Shown here: positions 62,697 to 64,000 of the stretch, in pieces
Numbering within the stretch: position 1 is the stretch's first letter
Layout: the number at the start of each line of letters is the position of its first letter
Source of the DNA: a virus
Length of the DNA: 64,000 nt
Virus record (IMG/VR): IMGVR_UViG_3300045988_159113
Direction: 5' to 3' (one strand)
Notes under the pieces: model-generated
Told to the model about the DNA's origin: nothing
The model's database searches: none
What the model saw: the letters and a program-made list of their open reading frames with translations, nothing else
Program-made: the position numbers and the translations under genes

Positions 62697-64000
62697 TTAA
62701 AGTCCAGGATTAAATTTATCATAAGAATCCGGAAGTGTTGAATTTCCGACTGTTGAAATAATTTCTCCCTCTTGCTTTAAACATCTTATAATATTCTCGC
62801 TTATCCAGAACATCCCGAAATAGTAGCTATTAGAAGACGAAGCTGTTAAGTCATTTAAAACCTTCTAGTCCTCTATGGTTAAAGAATGAGGAACAAATGA
62901 GATGTCAAAATTACTATTCGTGTAATCTGTCGTAGCATCAGCTCCTGGCTAATAATCACCGAAGCCACCAGTCGTTACGCGGACCATGTCGTAGAACGTT
63001 TCGATTTTTCCATATTTATTTTCTTTGTCATATCGTCTATTTGGCAAGACTGTGAAAATATAAGTGTTGTTATTTGGGTCAGTTTTGTCTTCGTCTTTTA
63101 TATTAACACCCCACATGTTGAAATACTTATCTATAGACTCAACAGCCATGCTATGCCTTAAAAGATCAGAATAGCTGATTCTCAAATCAACATTAAATTC
63201 GTCATATTTAGTCATTGCCGTCGTATCGTAAGCCAAACTACCACGCAAAAATACACCACCGCCGCATTTCAAATTGACGCATCTGATTCTTACGTTAGTC
63301 GTTCTATATTGATTGACAAACCTGATATACTGGCTGACATCGTCGGTAGTAGTTAATCCTCGACTACTGAATGTATCCTAAATAACTAATCCAGATTCTC
63401 CATTACTCCATGGCTATTGTTTGTAAAGATAGGCTGGCATATCTATGACTAACGACTCGTTATTTTGGTTTGCTTCCCTTGTGTCATAAATCAAAACATT
63501 CGGGCCGTACTTTGTAAAATTGAAGTAATACCAAACATTTCCGCTTGAGTCTGTGCTCTTTTCCAAATCAACTACGTTGATTCTTACCTCGCTCGTACTA
63601 GTAGCTAACCCGTTAATCTTAGAGTCAACACCGCTACAAACAACGCGTCCGTCGGCATATACTTTAAACGCTGCATTTTTGCCAACTGTACCGCCAGCAG
63701 CTCCTCCAACTCCTGTTTTCTTACCATCTATCATTTGGTAATCTCCAACCCAAAGTACCAAATTGTCTTCTTTTGTTCCAGGTTCTTTGAATGTTTCTGA
63801 CTCGCTATCACACATACCGCCGATATATCCATTTTGAACATTTCCGTCATACTTTAGTAGTATCTCACGTGCAGATATACCGTTTGTATCTATAGCGTTT
63901 GCTATCATTGTCTCGGTAATAAGTGCGCCAAACTGGTCGGCTTGTTGCCAATATCCACCACTAGTTTTCGGGTTCTCTCCCATACTATTCGCCTTTGCCT
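62697..64000 (-). CDS. virion structural protein, 5' partial (frame open to the window end)
   Basis: TAA at 62697..62699. In-frame TAGs at 63414, 63378, 62949 and 62865. The frame is still open upstream of the ATG at 63983. Composition is Gly/Asn/Thr-rich. Confidence 0.65.

Noticed and set aside
7475-64000. Many + strand ORFs in the track. Examples: 61258..62274 (338 aa), 56882..57418, 43863..44369, 42430..42861, 38806..39285, 37589..38014, 34145..34591, 20191..20610, 51499..52055, 50545..50919, 60551..60979.
   Set aside because: All lie antisense to long, motif-bearing leftward genes. Their compositions are Ser/Leu/Phe/Cys-rich or low-complexity. They often use non-ATG starts and have no motifs. 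They are shadow ORFs, helped in places by GC-rich linkers.
1-64000. Integrase, transposase, IS ends, att-like repeats, a DGR reverse transcriptase, and toxin-antitoxin or other defence cassettes.
   Set aside because: No matching motifs (DDE, tyrosine or serine recombinase, RT YxDD) or flanking inverted repeats were seen in any re-translated frame.

Overview
This window is an AT-rich tailed-phage segment (about 27-35% GC over most of its length, about 50-58% in two short genes). Its layout resembles crAss-like phages. It has two arms that converge on a hairpin terminator at about 7.45 kb.

(1) Rightward arm, 1..6658. It holds 15-16 tightly packed small early or accessory genes: an HNH protein, a TM2 protein, two metallophosphoesterases, a DUF1599-like protein, a FISUMP-like protein, small membrane proteins and a lipoprotein. 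All read normally in the standard code, and two of them end in TAG.

(2) Leftward arm, 64000 down to 7475, plus one rightward lysin-like gene at 6754..7434. This arm only makes sense if TAG is a sense codon. More than 100 fragments in the supplied ORF track stay in frame for kilobases. I scanned the gaps between listed fragments (and the fragment boundaries) of every gene except the 62697..64000 gene above 63414 codon by codon, and every interruption is TAG, about 200 in total. True ends are TAA or TGA, usually at TAATG, ATGA or TGAcatATG junctions. A conserved ETQ motif in a Zn-alcohol dehydrogenase places Gln at one TAG.

Re-translated this way, the arm collapses to about 19 genes:
- a candidate major capsid protein with its own terminator;
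- putative head-tail genes;
- a 2001-aa tail-like protein;
- a DUF192 protein;
- an intact Zn-ADH fused to an unknown domain;
- a small, very GC-rich, TAG-free protein;
- a 40-kb block of six translationally coupled genes of 2280, 639, 3379, 5063, 357 and 1597 aa.

That block carries a beta-prime-like DxDxD RNA polymerase loop, two SF1 helicase cores, a RecB-type PD-(D/E)xK nuclease, an HExxH zincin and glycine-zipper membrane segments.

I saw no tRNA (including a suppressor tRNA), rRNA, CRISPR array, integrase or transposase. All domain calls are motif recognition by eye and no searches were run.
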